This document shows positions 39,490 through 51,897 of a stretch of 64,000 nt of DNA, one piece after another. Origin of the DNA: Felis catus. Taxonomy: Eukaryota. The notes beneath the pieces are model-generated. The model ran no database searches and was not told the origin of the DNA. It saw only the letters and a list, made by a program, of their open reading frames with translations. The stretch is taken from assembly GCF_018350175.1 (NCBI RefSeq), contig NC_058368.1:178748001-178812000 (forward strand), given 5' to 3'. Position 1 is the first letter of the stretch; every line of letters begins with the position of its first letter. Both the position numbers and the translations under genes were made by a program.

Positions 39490-39962
39490 TGCATTAGTTT
39501 CCTATTGTAATAAACTATCACAACTTAATGTCTTAAAGCAACACAAATTTGTTATTTTAGATCTGTAGACCAGAAGTCTGGGCTAAAATCAGGGTATTGA
39601 CAGAGCTGTGTTCCCTCCAGAGTCTTGAAGGGAACATCTATTTCCTTGCCTTTTCCCCCTTCTAGAGGTTTCCAGCATCCCTTGGCTCACGGCCCCTTCA
39701 TCCACCTTCAAAGCCAGCAATGGGCAATGACTTCATCTCACTCCTCATCCCCTGTCTCTCTCCCGCTGCCTCCCTTTTCTGCTTTTAAAGACCCTTATGA
39801 TGACATTGGGCCCACCCAGGTAATCCAGGAGAACCTCCCTATTTTAAGGTGAGTTGATAAGCAACTTTAACTCCATCTGCAACCTTGGCTCCCCTTTGCT
39901 ATATAACACATTTGTAGGTTCTGGGATTAGGGGGTGGTCATCTTTGGGGGGCCATTATGCAG
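39490..39962 (-). mobile_element. MaLR solo LTR (MLT1-type), antisense
   Basis: tgcattagtttcctattg...cttaaagcaacacaaattt ... gggcccacccaggtaatccagga...catctttgggggggccatta-like terminus. Confidence 0.78.
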
Positions 39963-40269
39963 CCCTTGTGGGAGTTTTCAGAGACACTATTTCATGAAGT
40001 TGCAAAGCACACTGTGCTGAAATCAGGCCAGAGTCAGAGTACAAGGGTGAAAGAGTCTCACAGATACCAATGCAAAGCTTCAGCAAGTCTCCTGTGGTAG
40101 AGTCAGGGCGATGATAGGGAAAGAGCAGACCCTAGGGTCTGGTTTAGGACATGGGGTATATGAGCCTGAGGATCTTGAACCCTAACCTCCTGACGGACAG
40201 ACAGTCTCTTCTCTCTTGTCAGAAAGAAACAGCCTTCCCTCTCTTGGAGAGCTCACGGGCAGCACATGC

Positions 40270-42070
40270 TCTGTGGTTTGATGCTTATTCCTCTGGAAAA
40301 CTGATGCCCCCTCCCCAGCCACCTCTCACCACCTCTACCCGGTAACCAGAGCCAAGTCCTGGCATAGCCTGAGAGGGGAACTATATGTCCTTCTTTGGAA
40401 GGGCACAGCTTATAAGCAAGAGATTAGGCATCTAACAGGTACTGGGAACATGCACAGGGATCGATCTGAGGGTGTCAAGGCTTAGGTGGTTGTATAAAAT
40501 AAGGTTGGGTAGGAGAGAATTCATTAGCATAGGGCACTAGTTCCTTACTCTGGTTTCAGTGTAATGGTGAAAATGTCTGGAGTGGTTCTAACAGTTTTCG
40601 AAGATAGTTCCTTCAAGATTGAACTGATGGTGGCCCACAGTGAAAGGAGTGGAGATGCCAGAACTTCCTTGGCTTATTCAATGTTATTATTGAAGAAGGG
40701 GCCTGCCACCCCTCGCCCATGTGAGTGTCACCAATGTTTAGGTCTTCAGGGGTCAGGACATGCTGGGACATGCCATTGAATATACATGACAAGCTGTTGT
40801 ATTTCACATTTCCTTACACTAAAAAAGAGGCATTGAAATTGAGGAGTCGTTTTGTATTTTTAGACATAAAAAAGTTGGGAATACTGCTTTAGACTATTCA
40901 TCAAGTGACTTTGGAGTATGCCAATTTGAGCAGTGCCTAGAGCAAAAATAGTCCGCAGCAGGTCCAGGCTGTGGTTCAAGCAGTTCTGCCTCCAGAACCA
41001 TACGACCCAGCAGGTCTGATGCTGCTGAATTATCGGTGGTAGACGTGGATGCCAAGTGGAGTCCCTGACAAGGGACTGCGACATATGATAATCACAGCAC
41101 ATACCTCTAGGAATCTAAAGCCAAGCTGTGTTCTCCTCAACCCTCTGTTTAAGAAATAGCTCCCAGAGTGCTACTGGGTCCTAGCAGAGGCTGAGCACCT
41201 CACTGGAGGACACTAAGTGACAGAGCAACTGGAGATGTCCATCACGGGTGTCCTAGGTATCTCAGAGTCATAATGTGGGTCAACATGGCAAAAATCCATC
41301 ATATTATTAGAATCCCATGGTACCTACTTTTGCTTCACTGATGTCTTTCCTTCAACCCAGACCTGTGGACCCAGGGAGGCGTTCCATATGGCCAACTTAA
41401 GGAGAGAGACAGGACTGAAGCCTTGTTTATGGACAGGGGGCCTGCTCTGTTGGTGCTAGGCAGGAATGGACCCATGGTGCTATTGGTTTACCTAATAGAG
41501 GGAGGCATGAGCTGAGATAGACATTCATACTCCCAGGCAGTAGAACATGGTTTGGCTGGGTGGTCAGAGGACTGAAAAGAATCGTACTAGAAGATTGACT
41601 ACTGGGATCTAGGGAGTAGGTACAGGCATAATCCAGCAGGAGTAGATTCAAAGCTTCCTTTCCACACTTTAATGCCCACCAGAAGGACCACTGATAAGGC
41701 AGACAATGATCGAGTGAATTGGATGACCAGTACTATCAGTCAGCCTTGCTCCTCAGCTATCACTTGCTTGCCCAATGGAGCACAGAACAAGCAGGCATGG
41801 AGGCCATGCATGGGTCCAACAACATGGTGTCCTTCTCATCAAGGATGATATAGTTGTTGCTACTGCTGAGTGTCCAGCCTCCAGAAGTGGACTGACATTG
41901 AGTCTGTGACATGGCTCCATTCCTCAGGCCGGCATGGTAACTCCCCACCACCTTCTACTTCTTCTATTCCCCTTCCCCCTTTATCACCACCCTAGGATTG
42001 CATAGCCCCCAAATACGGGTCATCAGTCATTGCCTAAGGATCTGTTTCCTTGGGAACTGGAGCTATGACT
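40270..42070 (+). mobile_element. Degraded ERVL-class endogenous retrovirus internal fragment (pol/integrase relic), possibly with a 3' LTR remnant
   Basis: 41808-41882 translates AWVQQHGVLLIKDDIVVATAECPAS, preceded by LAQW..EQ. This resembles the ERVL integrase zinc-finger region (LAQWAHEQ..H..WAQQHGLPLTK.DL..A.AECP.C). Frameshifted; boundaries are approximate. Confidence 0.7.
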
Positions 42071-44915
42071 GGAAGGCAGAGGCACCCAGTGTTCAGAAGG
42101 AACAACAAACAGATGTGTTACAGGTTAGGAGGTCTGGAAGGCAGAGCCCAGCCTGATTTTAGATGCTGGGAAGGCAATTTGTTTCCATCAATTTCTCTAC
42201 TCTTTGCTGATATAAGCCTAAAAGTCTGGAAGAAAGAAAGAAAGCTTCCACTCCCTGCTTAGAGAGAAGGCTTAAAAATGCCCCTCCCCTAAGAAGAGTA
42301 AATAAACTTGGTGCCCTGGATCACATTAAAGTGTGAATGGTAGATATCAGCTCTGTCTCAAAGGCAGAGGAAGGGACAGCAGAAAGCAAGGGGTCTCTGG
42401 GTGCCTAAACAGAGGATGAGGGAGTGCCACCAAGTGGAGATTACCTACAAGGAAACCACTGAGTTAGGCAGGGCTGATTCTAGGCGGAGTCCTGCTGATC
42501 ACAGCTATGTGGCCTTGGAGAAGTCATTGAATTGTAGGATGAAAGGGTTGGATGAAATGATCTCCAACGGTCCCTGAAAACTCTCCATCAGGGAAGGAAA
42601 AGATGCATCAAGTGGATCCTTCCTCCCATCCCACCCACCCCACCTTCCCTCCCTGGGAGCTCTGAGGCATCCTTATGTCCTTCCTCGGCAGCCCTAGCTA
42701 GTTTCTGACAGACCTTGCTTATAGTAAGGGAACATCCAGGGGCACAAGGACAGTTGTGCTGGACGCATAGCCCCCACCCCCACTTATCCTGGGAGCCATC
42801 ATAGGCATTGTGGGGGAGACTTTCACAATGGGTATGGAATGTACACAGTCTGACACTGAGCTGAGGTTAAAGCCAGAAAGTGAACATATGGGTTAAGGTC
42901 ACGAGGCTACAAGTGGACACAGCTGGCTGTGCCCCTCGCTGGCTAGGTGACAAAGGCACACGGCTGGCTCCCAAGCCTGGGTTTCCTGGTTGGGATCCCA
43001 TTGCCAACCTCATGGGATTGGTGTGAGGGTTTAAGAAAAGGATGCACGGGGTGAGGGTCTGGTAAATGGAAGCTATATCATTATTGTTATTGTTCTCACT
43101 GCCGGCATTGCTGTTATTACCACGTGACCACAACATCTGGAGTTATCCTGCAAAAGCACCAAGTGGGCCATCAACCTGATGAGCGTCCTAACTGAGATGA
43201 GATTTGACACTCAAACTCTGTTTAAATAAGAATCCACGAATTTCACTGTTTGCCCCATTTCTATGGGACAAGGAGGAGTGCTCAAGACCCTTTCAGACTT
43301 CATAAAAACTCACAGATACTGACAGTTTTCAGAAAACGGAATTCAGAAATATTACCACCAGGGCCACACACTGTTGAGCCAGGAGAACAGAGTGATGGGA
43401 TTTTTAGAGGTTAAAGCTGACTTGCTCGGGACACAGCCACAGTCTCTGCAAGATGCCTTGGTGAGAAACGACATCTGCAATTTCAAGGCAGAGGGTCGTA
43501 TCTGGTTTTCTACAGTCGTGGGTAAAGGGGGAAGGAGCCATTTTCTTGTCTGTGTCAAGATTTTTTCCACTAGTAGTTGGAAGAGCAGACCTTTAAGAGT
43601 TAAACGTTGGGATTTCACAGTTTGGACTGAGAAAAAGCACACCTGGAAAGCTCAAGCCTATAACCTGGAGAGGAAAAGGGCGGAACAGGATTAACAGATA
43701 CAAGAAGGGACACACAAGCTCCAGTGTCCACACGTGAAGCCATGAGATGCCCAGGAGTGGTGTCCAGCTCCTCCACTTCTCGAGGACCCTCACTTCTTGC
43801 TCTTTTGGAAAGTGAATTCAGCCAGATTCCAAACCTCCAGGAGCTGCCTCCTTACCTTAGGGAGCGCACAATGCAGACAAAATGCCAACCACCACCATAA
43901 TGGGACTCTTTGGACTGTTGAGGATATTGGAAGCTGGACCAGCAATAGGTCTGGGACCTGTTGGCAAAGGGAACCGGGGGCCCCCAGGAAGAGACTGGGG
44001 TGGACAAAGGCTACAGGGACTCAGGCACAAGGGTGTCCAGCAGATAGCACAGGGTCATGGTTAAATGCCAAGCTTCCCACCTGGCTGCCTGGGTTTGAAT
44101 CCCAGCCTTTCCACTTACCAAGTGGATGATGTTAGGTCACTTCATGCCTCTGTTTCTTCATCTGGATAAAAATCATCTCCACCTCCTAAATCTTGACATA
44201 GGAAGTTAATTCTCATCATGTCTATAACACTGTGCTGGGGACAGTGGAGCTCAATCAATTGGAGCTCTTATCATCATTCTCTCTCATCCGGGGACTCTTT
44301 CTCTAAGAAGTGAGTGCCCACCCCACGTCTCTAGATGGCTCTAGCTCTGAGCCCCATGTTGCCCTGAACTTAATATCCACCCAGTACTGACATCTTTCCC
44401 AAATGGGGTCCTCAGCCTCTGCCCACCAAGACCTCTTCATGCACAGCTCCCTCGGGCTATGGAGGTGGGCCACTGCTCCCATGTTCTGCCCAGAGGAACT
44501 CGTCACCTTCTTTGGGCCTCATCTGAGGAGCCCAGGATTCCTCCAAGAAAAGCTACCCCTTCCGACCTGATGACAAAATCCAAAGGCCGGACTGTTAGTC
44601 CACCCTTTTCCTAACTCTTGACCATTTGGTTGCGTGGTTTTTCCATTCCTTTCCAGAAGAGGAGAAAGGTAATATGAAAATGACCTGAGGAAGATTGTGG
44701 CAGACTTTTCTGGCACCCCTACACCCAACATTCATGGAGAATATTTCTTGGGGTGGCATGAATGAGGCGGGCAAATCCGGCACTAAGACAGTCTGGAGCC
44801 AGGCCCCTTAACGTCACCGCAGGCCCTGGGTGGCCTGCCATCCTCACCCTCTCCAGGCCTCAGAGATGCAGCTGACGAATTACGCAACACGGCGAACTGG
44901 CGTCATGAAACCATT

Positions 44916-44921
44916 TTTATT
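44916..44921 (-). terminator. DOCK2: DOCK2 polyadenylation signal AATAAA (3'UTR about 0.48 kb)
   Basis: Plus-strand TTTATT about 460 nt after the stop codon, preceded by U-rich 3'UTR sequence and followed by GU-containing sequence. Confidence 0.75.
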
Positions 44922-45380
44922 GTCAGTGAGAAACAGCAACGCTTCAGAGATGATCAGCTAGGAAAAACACTGGTTGGTTGTATTAAAAAATGTAAAGTAC
45001 AAAACTATCATCCAAAAATAAAATAAAAGAATATTTAAAAGGCTTTTCTGTTAAGTGCTAGGACTTTGAAAATGAAATAAAAACACAGCTCCTTATACCT
45101 AAGAAACTGGGTTATGAAAAGATGCGCCGAGGATATTGGGGAGAGCACAGTGGGAGAAAGTGTCCTTGCTCGCTCCTTGTGACCACAGCCCACAATCCAG
45201 GCCGCAGCATCCTCACCCACCGCTTGGGTCGCAGGGGGCCAGATCAGCCCTTGCTTCCTGAGTGAGGGCGACTGGTAGGAGGTCTCCCCGCTGTGTGAGG
45301 CATCAGCGTCCCACCGTGTCTCTCTTCCTCTGGAAACTTCTCTCCCTGGCTCCCCATGTGTGGCCCTGGTCAGCAGCATC

Positions 45381-45443
45381 TCACAGGTCAGAGGACAGGA
45401 AGTCAGGGATCTGTTTGCCTTCTTCAGGAGGTTTGCTGGCCAG
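45381..45443 (-). CDS. DOCK2: DOCK2 terminal coding exon (probably 52), 63 nt to TGA
   Basis: ttttcttctcccacaaAG|CTG. Translates LASKPPEEGKQIPDFLSSDL-TGA, matching the recalled mammalian DOCK2 C-terminus (LASK..EEGKQIPD.LS.DL). Too short for the ORF track. Confidence 0.92.
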   Translation of the reverse strand: MASKPPEEGKQIPDFLSSDL

Positions 45444-46337
45444 CTTTGTGGGAGAAGAAAACAAACACCATCCCAGGATGGGATTCTCATGAGCACCAAA
45501 GTGGGGCTCACAAGGATCCCTGCCCAAAGCCCATGGAGTATGAGGGGCCGTGACCTTGAATGTGGCCAGACAGGCAGAACCCCACAGTGGTTAGCGCACA
45601 GACTTGGCTGCTTCATGCACTTACTTGGGCCAGTCGCTCACCTAACTCTGTGAGCCATGTGAAATCCTCACAGGGATGGTGGAAGGTCAGATTGGACCAT
45701 GTCTGCAAAGTGCTTAGCGTGGTACCTGACTCACTGCATGCTCACAGTAAACTTGGGATTATTATAGTAGCAGAAATCGGGTTTATATCATCTTGAGGAT
45801 CAGAAGTGTCAACGGTACTTTTTTTATCTCGAGTGAAGACTGACAAGTAACAACAGGAGATGGGACTTGAAAAGTCAGGCCTTGGAAACTAACTTTTAAT
45901 TAGTAGGAGTTTGTAATATAAGTTGAATAGGAAAGCTCTTCAAAGGAAAAAAAAATTAAAAAGCACTTTCAGGTTCCAAAGATAGCCAGCTGTTGTGGCT
46001 CTGACAGGCGTATTACCAGAGGGCGGTTTGGGGAAAGGAGGTCCCAGGGGCCCTGCTTATCCCCTTGGGACGTTCCTGCAGCCCAGCTGGGATCAGTCCT
46101 GCTCTGAGACCAGGGCCCAAGAGAACTGCAGCGGGGGCATTTCTGGCAGAAATGCATTCTGGCATTTCTGTCCCAAGCCCTGTGGGCCCTGACCATGCCT
46201 CCCTGGGAGGGATCACACGTGTGTGCACACATATACGTGCCTCCATTCCCACCCCCCATTTTCTCCTCTTTCTGTGTTGCTTTCTTCCTTTATCTCTCCC
46301 CATATACCCTTGTCTTTCCAGCCATCTGGGTCCTCAC

Positions 46338-46480
46338 CATCGCCTTGAAGAACTGATTTACTTTCTTCCGTTTGAGCGTCTTCTTGTCACCCTCTGAGAG
46401 AGGGAAGAAGGTCTGGCTGAGGCGGGGGGACGCGTTGGCATCATCCATCCCAGGTACGCCCGCCACAGAGAGCGTGAGGG
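46338..46480 (-). CDS. DOCK2: DOCK2 penultimate exon (probably 51), 143 nt
   Basis: ctccttccAG|CC ... ATG|GTGAGG. Translates (A)LTLSVAGVPGMDDANASPRLSQTFFPLSEGDKKTLKRKKVNQFFKAM. Confidence 0.93.
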
Positions 46481-47967
46481 CTGGAAGGAGAGTGGAGAGT
46501 GGGGGTGAGTGGGTGGGTGGAGGAGAGGCGGTGCCCAAGAGGGTGATGTTGGCGAGGCGGAGAGGACACAGGCTGTGGGACAGAGTCCTGGGAGGACACA
46601 TCACGGCGCCAGGCAGGAGGCGGGAGGCCTGCTTGCTGCCCTGAGGGGGCCTGTTGAAGCTGTCCTCTTGGCGAGGCTTGCCAACCCCACAGACAGGGGC
46701 CTGCCACCTGGCCTGATCCTTGCCAGGGCTTCTGTGCTGGAAACACAGTGTGGGGAGGTGAAGGCCCCTTGGCCACTGGGGTCCTGATTTCCTCAGGGGA
46801 CGTGGCCTTTGGCCCCAAGGTGGGGAGACAATATGAGCTTTTTTCCTTTTTCTCCAAGGCAGGGGCTGGTAGACAGAACTGGTGGTTCCAGCTCCCAGCT
46901 TGGGGATGCACAGACCTGACAAATCAGCTACCTCTTGCCCCTCGGTTTTGATGTCAGCAAAATGGGGACAAGGGCACCAGCCTCCAGGGTATTGAGGTGC
47001 TGTGAGAAGGCGACGGTGGAATGGCTCTGTGTCCAGCCAAACAGAGTTAGGGGGCCGTCCTGCCTTGTGTGGCTGGGCGGGGGTTAAGGGCATGGTTCCA
47101 GGGACAGAGGGCCTGGTCTACACTCAGCCTCCGCCACTTCCTAGCTGCTGACATTCTCCGTGCCTCAGTTTCCTCATCCACACAATGGGGCTGATGACAT
47201 TATCTCCATCATAGGTATGTGTTGAGGCATAAATAAAAGATGAAGAATTTAGCACAGGGAGGGCCTAGTGCTGGGCAGCACTTGAGAAATAGCAGGCATC
47301 TTTGCTGAGATCTGCCTGCTGAGTTCCACAGGGCAGTGCTTGTGTCTTGCTCCTCTCTGCCCTGGCCCTTGGCACAGGGAGCCTGGCCCAGAGTGGCTGA
47401 CCCTTGAGACAGCTGCATGTCAGATGCAGCGACCCCAGGTGTGCCCACCCCATCATGGCTGTGGCTTCGCCTTCTGCCAACTAGGAACGGTCATCCGTGT
47501 GCTGCTAACCTCCTCCCTGGACGACGAGTGCATGCTGGGGGATGTAGGTGGCAATTATGCATTAGACACTCGACCTCTATAAGATGTGCTGGAAGTTTCT
47601 GCAAGTTCCTAAAATAGGGCCCCAGGTCAAAAAAGGAAACACGGGGCTTCTGGCCTGTGGGGAGGCCTAGCTAACTGAGAGTGCAGGGCCACTCAGTGTG
47701 AGAATGGAGTCCCGGTGAGTCCCGAGGACCGGAGTGGCAACAGGCCTTCACTCCAGCCCCAGGTGCAGCTTGCAGGGCCGCTTCCCCTATGGAGCGGGTG
47801 GGTGTGGTGCAAGCTCAGAGGACAGGGGGCCTCTGAGCAGAGCCTCTTGCCCACAGGATGCCTGGCCCCTTTGCTGTGTAGATCCAGTCTCTGCCCATCC
47901 TCCACCCCCAGGCTGGTGGCCCCACCATCTCTGTACCTTCAGGCGCTGGTGGTGGCAGGGTGCATAC

Positions 47968-48088
47968 CTGGGATGGTGGGCATGGACTGACTGGCGAAAC
48001 TCATCTGAGAGAGGATGGATGACCTGGGGGGAATGGCTGCATGCTCCGAGAGGTTGGTGTCACTCATGAACTCGTGCTTCCTGGAAAG
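47968..48088 (-). CDS. DOCK2: DOCK2 exon (probably 50), 121 nt
   Basis: ttattcAG|CTT ... CCA G|GTATGC. Translates [40 protein letters not shown]; ends in phase 1. Confidence 0.93.
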
Positions 48089-48094
48089 CTGAAT

Positions 48095-48098
<4 letters not shown>

Positions 48099-48134
<36 letters not shown>
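48099..48134. repeat. (AC)18 microsatellite, read as (GT)18 on the DOCK2 strand next to a splice acceptor
   Basis: Read directly; only 8 nt separate it from the AG at 48089-48090. Confidence 0.95.
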
Positions 48135-48135
<1 letters not shown>

Positions 48136-49072
48136 ACAGAGGGTTAGCATTAGGCAGCTCTGTGCCTTGAAAAGTCAGTAACAAGGGCTTGGCAAGGCTT
48201 CTGTGGACCCAGCTGTAAGGTGATTTATTCTGTTATCTATCACTCCATGCCAGCCTGCCAAGTATGGTTGCACAGGTTGCACACTATACAACTCCAGGGG
48301 TTGGGGAGGCATTGAGGCATTCATTTAGACTATCATGTGAATGATACCCTCTAGAATTGTAAAACACAGAATACTTATTTCTAGTCTTCTCCCCTGGCAA
48401 GAGTAGCGTCTGGGGTCTACTGGGAAGTTTGCGGAGGGTCTTCTCTTTCCTGGGAGGCATCTCAGTCGGCCCTTTGCCCTTTCAGCTGCCACCCCTCCCT
48501 TGCCAGTACAGTTAACCCCTCTCCCTTTCCTAGGATCCAACAATGCCTTCAACAACCTCTCTTTTAGGGGGCGAAACTAAGATTTGGACCCAATGACACC
48601 AAGTTTCATTATCAAATTGTTATAAGACAAAAACTCAGAGTCAGGGCAGTGAGTCCCTCTCTGTGTCCCCAGCTGGGCTTCTGGCTCACTGGAGGAGCCT
48701 AGGAGGGTCTGAGACCTCAGTGGTTGGAATGGCCCTGGGGTTGGCGACAGGGGGTGGACATGAAGAAACCCCTTGCCCAGCACTGGGAGGACAGCTTCTG
48801 TCCTGTCTCACAAAGCCCTGCACAGTGGTGGGAAAGACATGCACGGGCTGGAGTCTACTGGCGTGGGTTCAAATCCCGGCTCTGTCATGTCAGGCTGTGT
48901 GGGTACCCACAGAACTTGACCTCCCTGCTCCTCAGATACGGCCTCTGCATCACCCACCTCACTGCAGACGTGAGGCCTGAATGGGACCTCATCTGGGGCC
49001 CCCAGAGAGTACGGCTGCTGTGCAGCAGAGATGGGCTAACGGGGCTAGAGGCGACCTGCCAGTGCCGCTCAC

Positions 49073-49244
49073 CCGCTTCAGGTCCGACTCAGCTGCTGCC
49101 TTCTCATCCGCAAACACCACGCTGCTCCTCTTGGCCCTCTTCTTGGACCTCCGCAGCTTGACTTCCGGCAGAGTGCTCCCCACAGAGATCGGCTCCGCCG
49201 GCTCTGCTCTTGGAGTCTTTGGAGGTGCCACCTCCAGGTCAAAG
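49073..49244 (-). CDS. DOCK2: DOCK2 exon (probably 49), 172 nt, polybasic region
   Basis: ttctccAG|C TTT ... CGG|GTGAGC. Translates (S)[57 protein letters not shown]; phase matches the previous exon. Confidence 0.93.
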
Positions 49245-49954
49245 CTGGAGAACGGGAGGGACAGCGGTAGAAATTGCAGTGAGAGCGAGGTTCAGCGGAA
49301 CTGCCTTGCAGGGACCCAGGCTGGCTGGGTTGTCACTGCGGGGGCAAGGAGTAGCTCAGCTAACCCGACAGAGTTTGGGGAGCTGCTTGCTTAATTTGCA
49401 AACACTCAGAATGCAGAGTAAAACGAAACTGAAGGAGGTGAGCCGCAAGCCAGGGAGACTGGTGGTGAGGAGAGATACCCAGTTAAGGTGTGGGTCTGGA
49501 TCCAAATCCAGCACTGCCACCCTTTACTGAATGCCTTTGGGCAAATCACTCAGCCTCCCTGAGCCGTTATTGCATGCGGAGTACTCGGCTCACGTTCTCA
49601 TGTCCTTAGAGTAGTGGAGTTTGGGCTGGGTGGGGATGAGGCTCTAGGACGGCGGAAGGGGAGAGGCTTTTCTTGGGGTGAGGGAGCACCTCCCCCCGGC
49701 TGCAGAGGGATGGATGGGTGCAGGGAGATCAGCTCCACGGTAGGGACTTGCAGGGACACAGCCCTGGCAGAGGTGAGGAGATGCCCAACTGAAGTAGGAC
49801 CTGTGAGGGGCTCTGGTGGCACAGATTGCTGAGCTGGGAGAACACCAGCCGCAGGTGAATCCTGCTGGGGACCCAGGAAGAGCGGTCTTGCCTCTCAGGC
49901 CTTGAATGACCCCCTATCAACGGCACCAACGACAGCAGCTGCACAGGGTGGTTA

Positions 49955-50245
<291 letters not shown>

Positions 50246-50378
50246 TCAGCAGTCAGGCCCTCGGGCTGGATGGGCCAGGTAATGTGGCTTCTGCCTCCTG
50301 CACCTGAGCAGGGCAGGACTGCAAGGCAGAGCAGGGCATCAGGACAAAAACTCCTGGCTGGCTGAAGCTAGGTGGTGG

Positions 50379-51080
50379 TTGTTTTGGAAAAGAATTTGGC
50401 TGGCCTTCATTCCTGGTTCCTGGGAGGTGACCTCTTAACCCTTGCAATTTGTCCCAGTGACAGGAGTGTCATCGTTCCTTGTGGTGGCCCCTTGATGAGC
50501 AGACTCAGGCTGAAGGCCAGGCCAGAGAGACCAACCATGCGGCTATAGGGTGGGGTGGTGGGGGGCAGCTTTGAACCAGGTGATGGAAGTTCAACCCTAG
50601 GGAGGGGAAGGGGCTAGAGACTGATTTCCGTCATGTGGCCAATGAGTCACCCCATCATGACTACGTAATAATAAAAGCTTTCAATGTTTAGGCTAAGGTG
50701 AGTTTCCTGGTAGGTAATCACACATCCGTGTGCTGGGAGGGTAGGAAGGGTGATGCATTCTGAGGGCATGCAAGCTGTGTGTTTGGGACCCTCCCAGACC
50801 TCACCCCTCACATCTCTTCATTTAGTTGGTCCTAATTTGTATTCTTTATAGTAAAACTGTAATCATAAGCATAGTGCTTTCTTGAATTCTGTGAAATTCT
50901 GCGCACCTGAAAAGATAGAGGGAGCCCCCAAATTGGTAGCCAGTCGGTCAGAAGTGCAGGTGGCCTGGGAACCCTGGTGTCAGAAGTAAGGGGCTTTTGT
51001 GGAGGAAGTTGTCCTTAACCTGTGAGGTGTGACCTGACTCTGAGTAGGGGACATCAGATTGCACTGCACTGTCCTGTCAT
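50379..51080 (+). mobile_element. LTR element (MER21-like) in a DOCK2 intron
   Basis: aagaatttggctggccttcattcctggttcctgggaggtgacctcttaacccttg ... tttgggaccctcccagacctcaccc...catctcttcattt...ggtcagaagtgcaggtggcctgggaaccc, recalled as MER21 text. Confidence 0.65.
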
Positions 51081-51540
51081 TGTTGAAGGACACAACCTGT
51101 TTCCTGAGAAGCTCCTGGGCCAACAGACAAGAGACCCAGACTTACCTCTATGCTCTTTGAGCAGCTCACTTCCCCCTCCGGTCCTCAGTTTTCTTATCTA
51201 TAAAATCCGAGGGTTGACCCCATGGCCTCTAAGGGACCCCACAGCCTTGAAGTTCTAGGACTCTACTTTCTGGGGGAGGAGGATCGAGATGTCCCTATGA
51301 GCACCAGGCCATTGGCAGCTTTATGTCACAGAGCTTATTAGTGGCCCAAAAGCACTGGCTTTGGAGGCCAACAGAGCCTGGTGAAAATTCTCACCTGCTA
51401 GGTAGCCTTTGGCGAGTTACTTAACACTTCTGAACCTCCAAGAGAGATGCAAGGAGTTGAGAATCATTCCTACTTCCCAGGCGCATTGTGGGGATTAAAC
51501 GAGTAGTGTCATGTGCTGACATCAAACTGGGCACACCCTA

Positions 51541-51897
<357 letters not shown>

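Noticed and set aside
46290..47093. 267-aa minus-strand ORF
   Set aside because: Only 46338-46480 is a DOCK2 exon with splice sites; the rest is chance open GC-rich intron.
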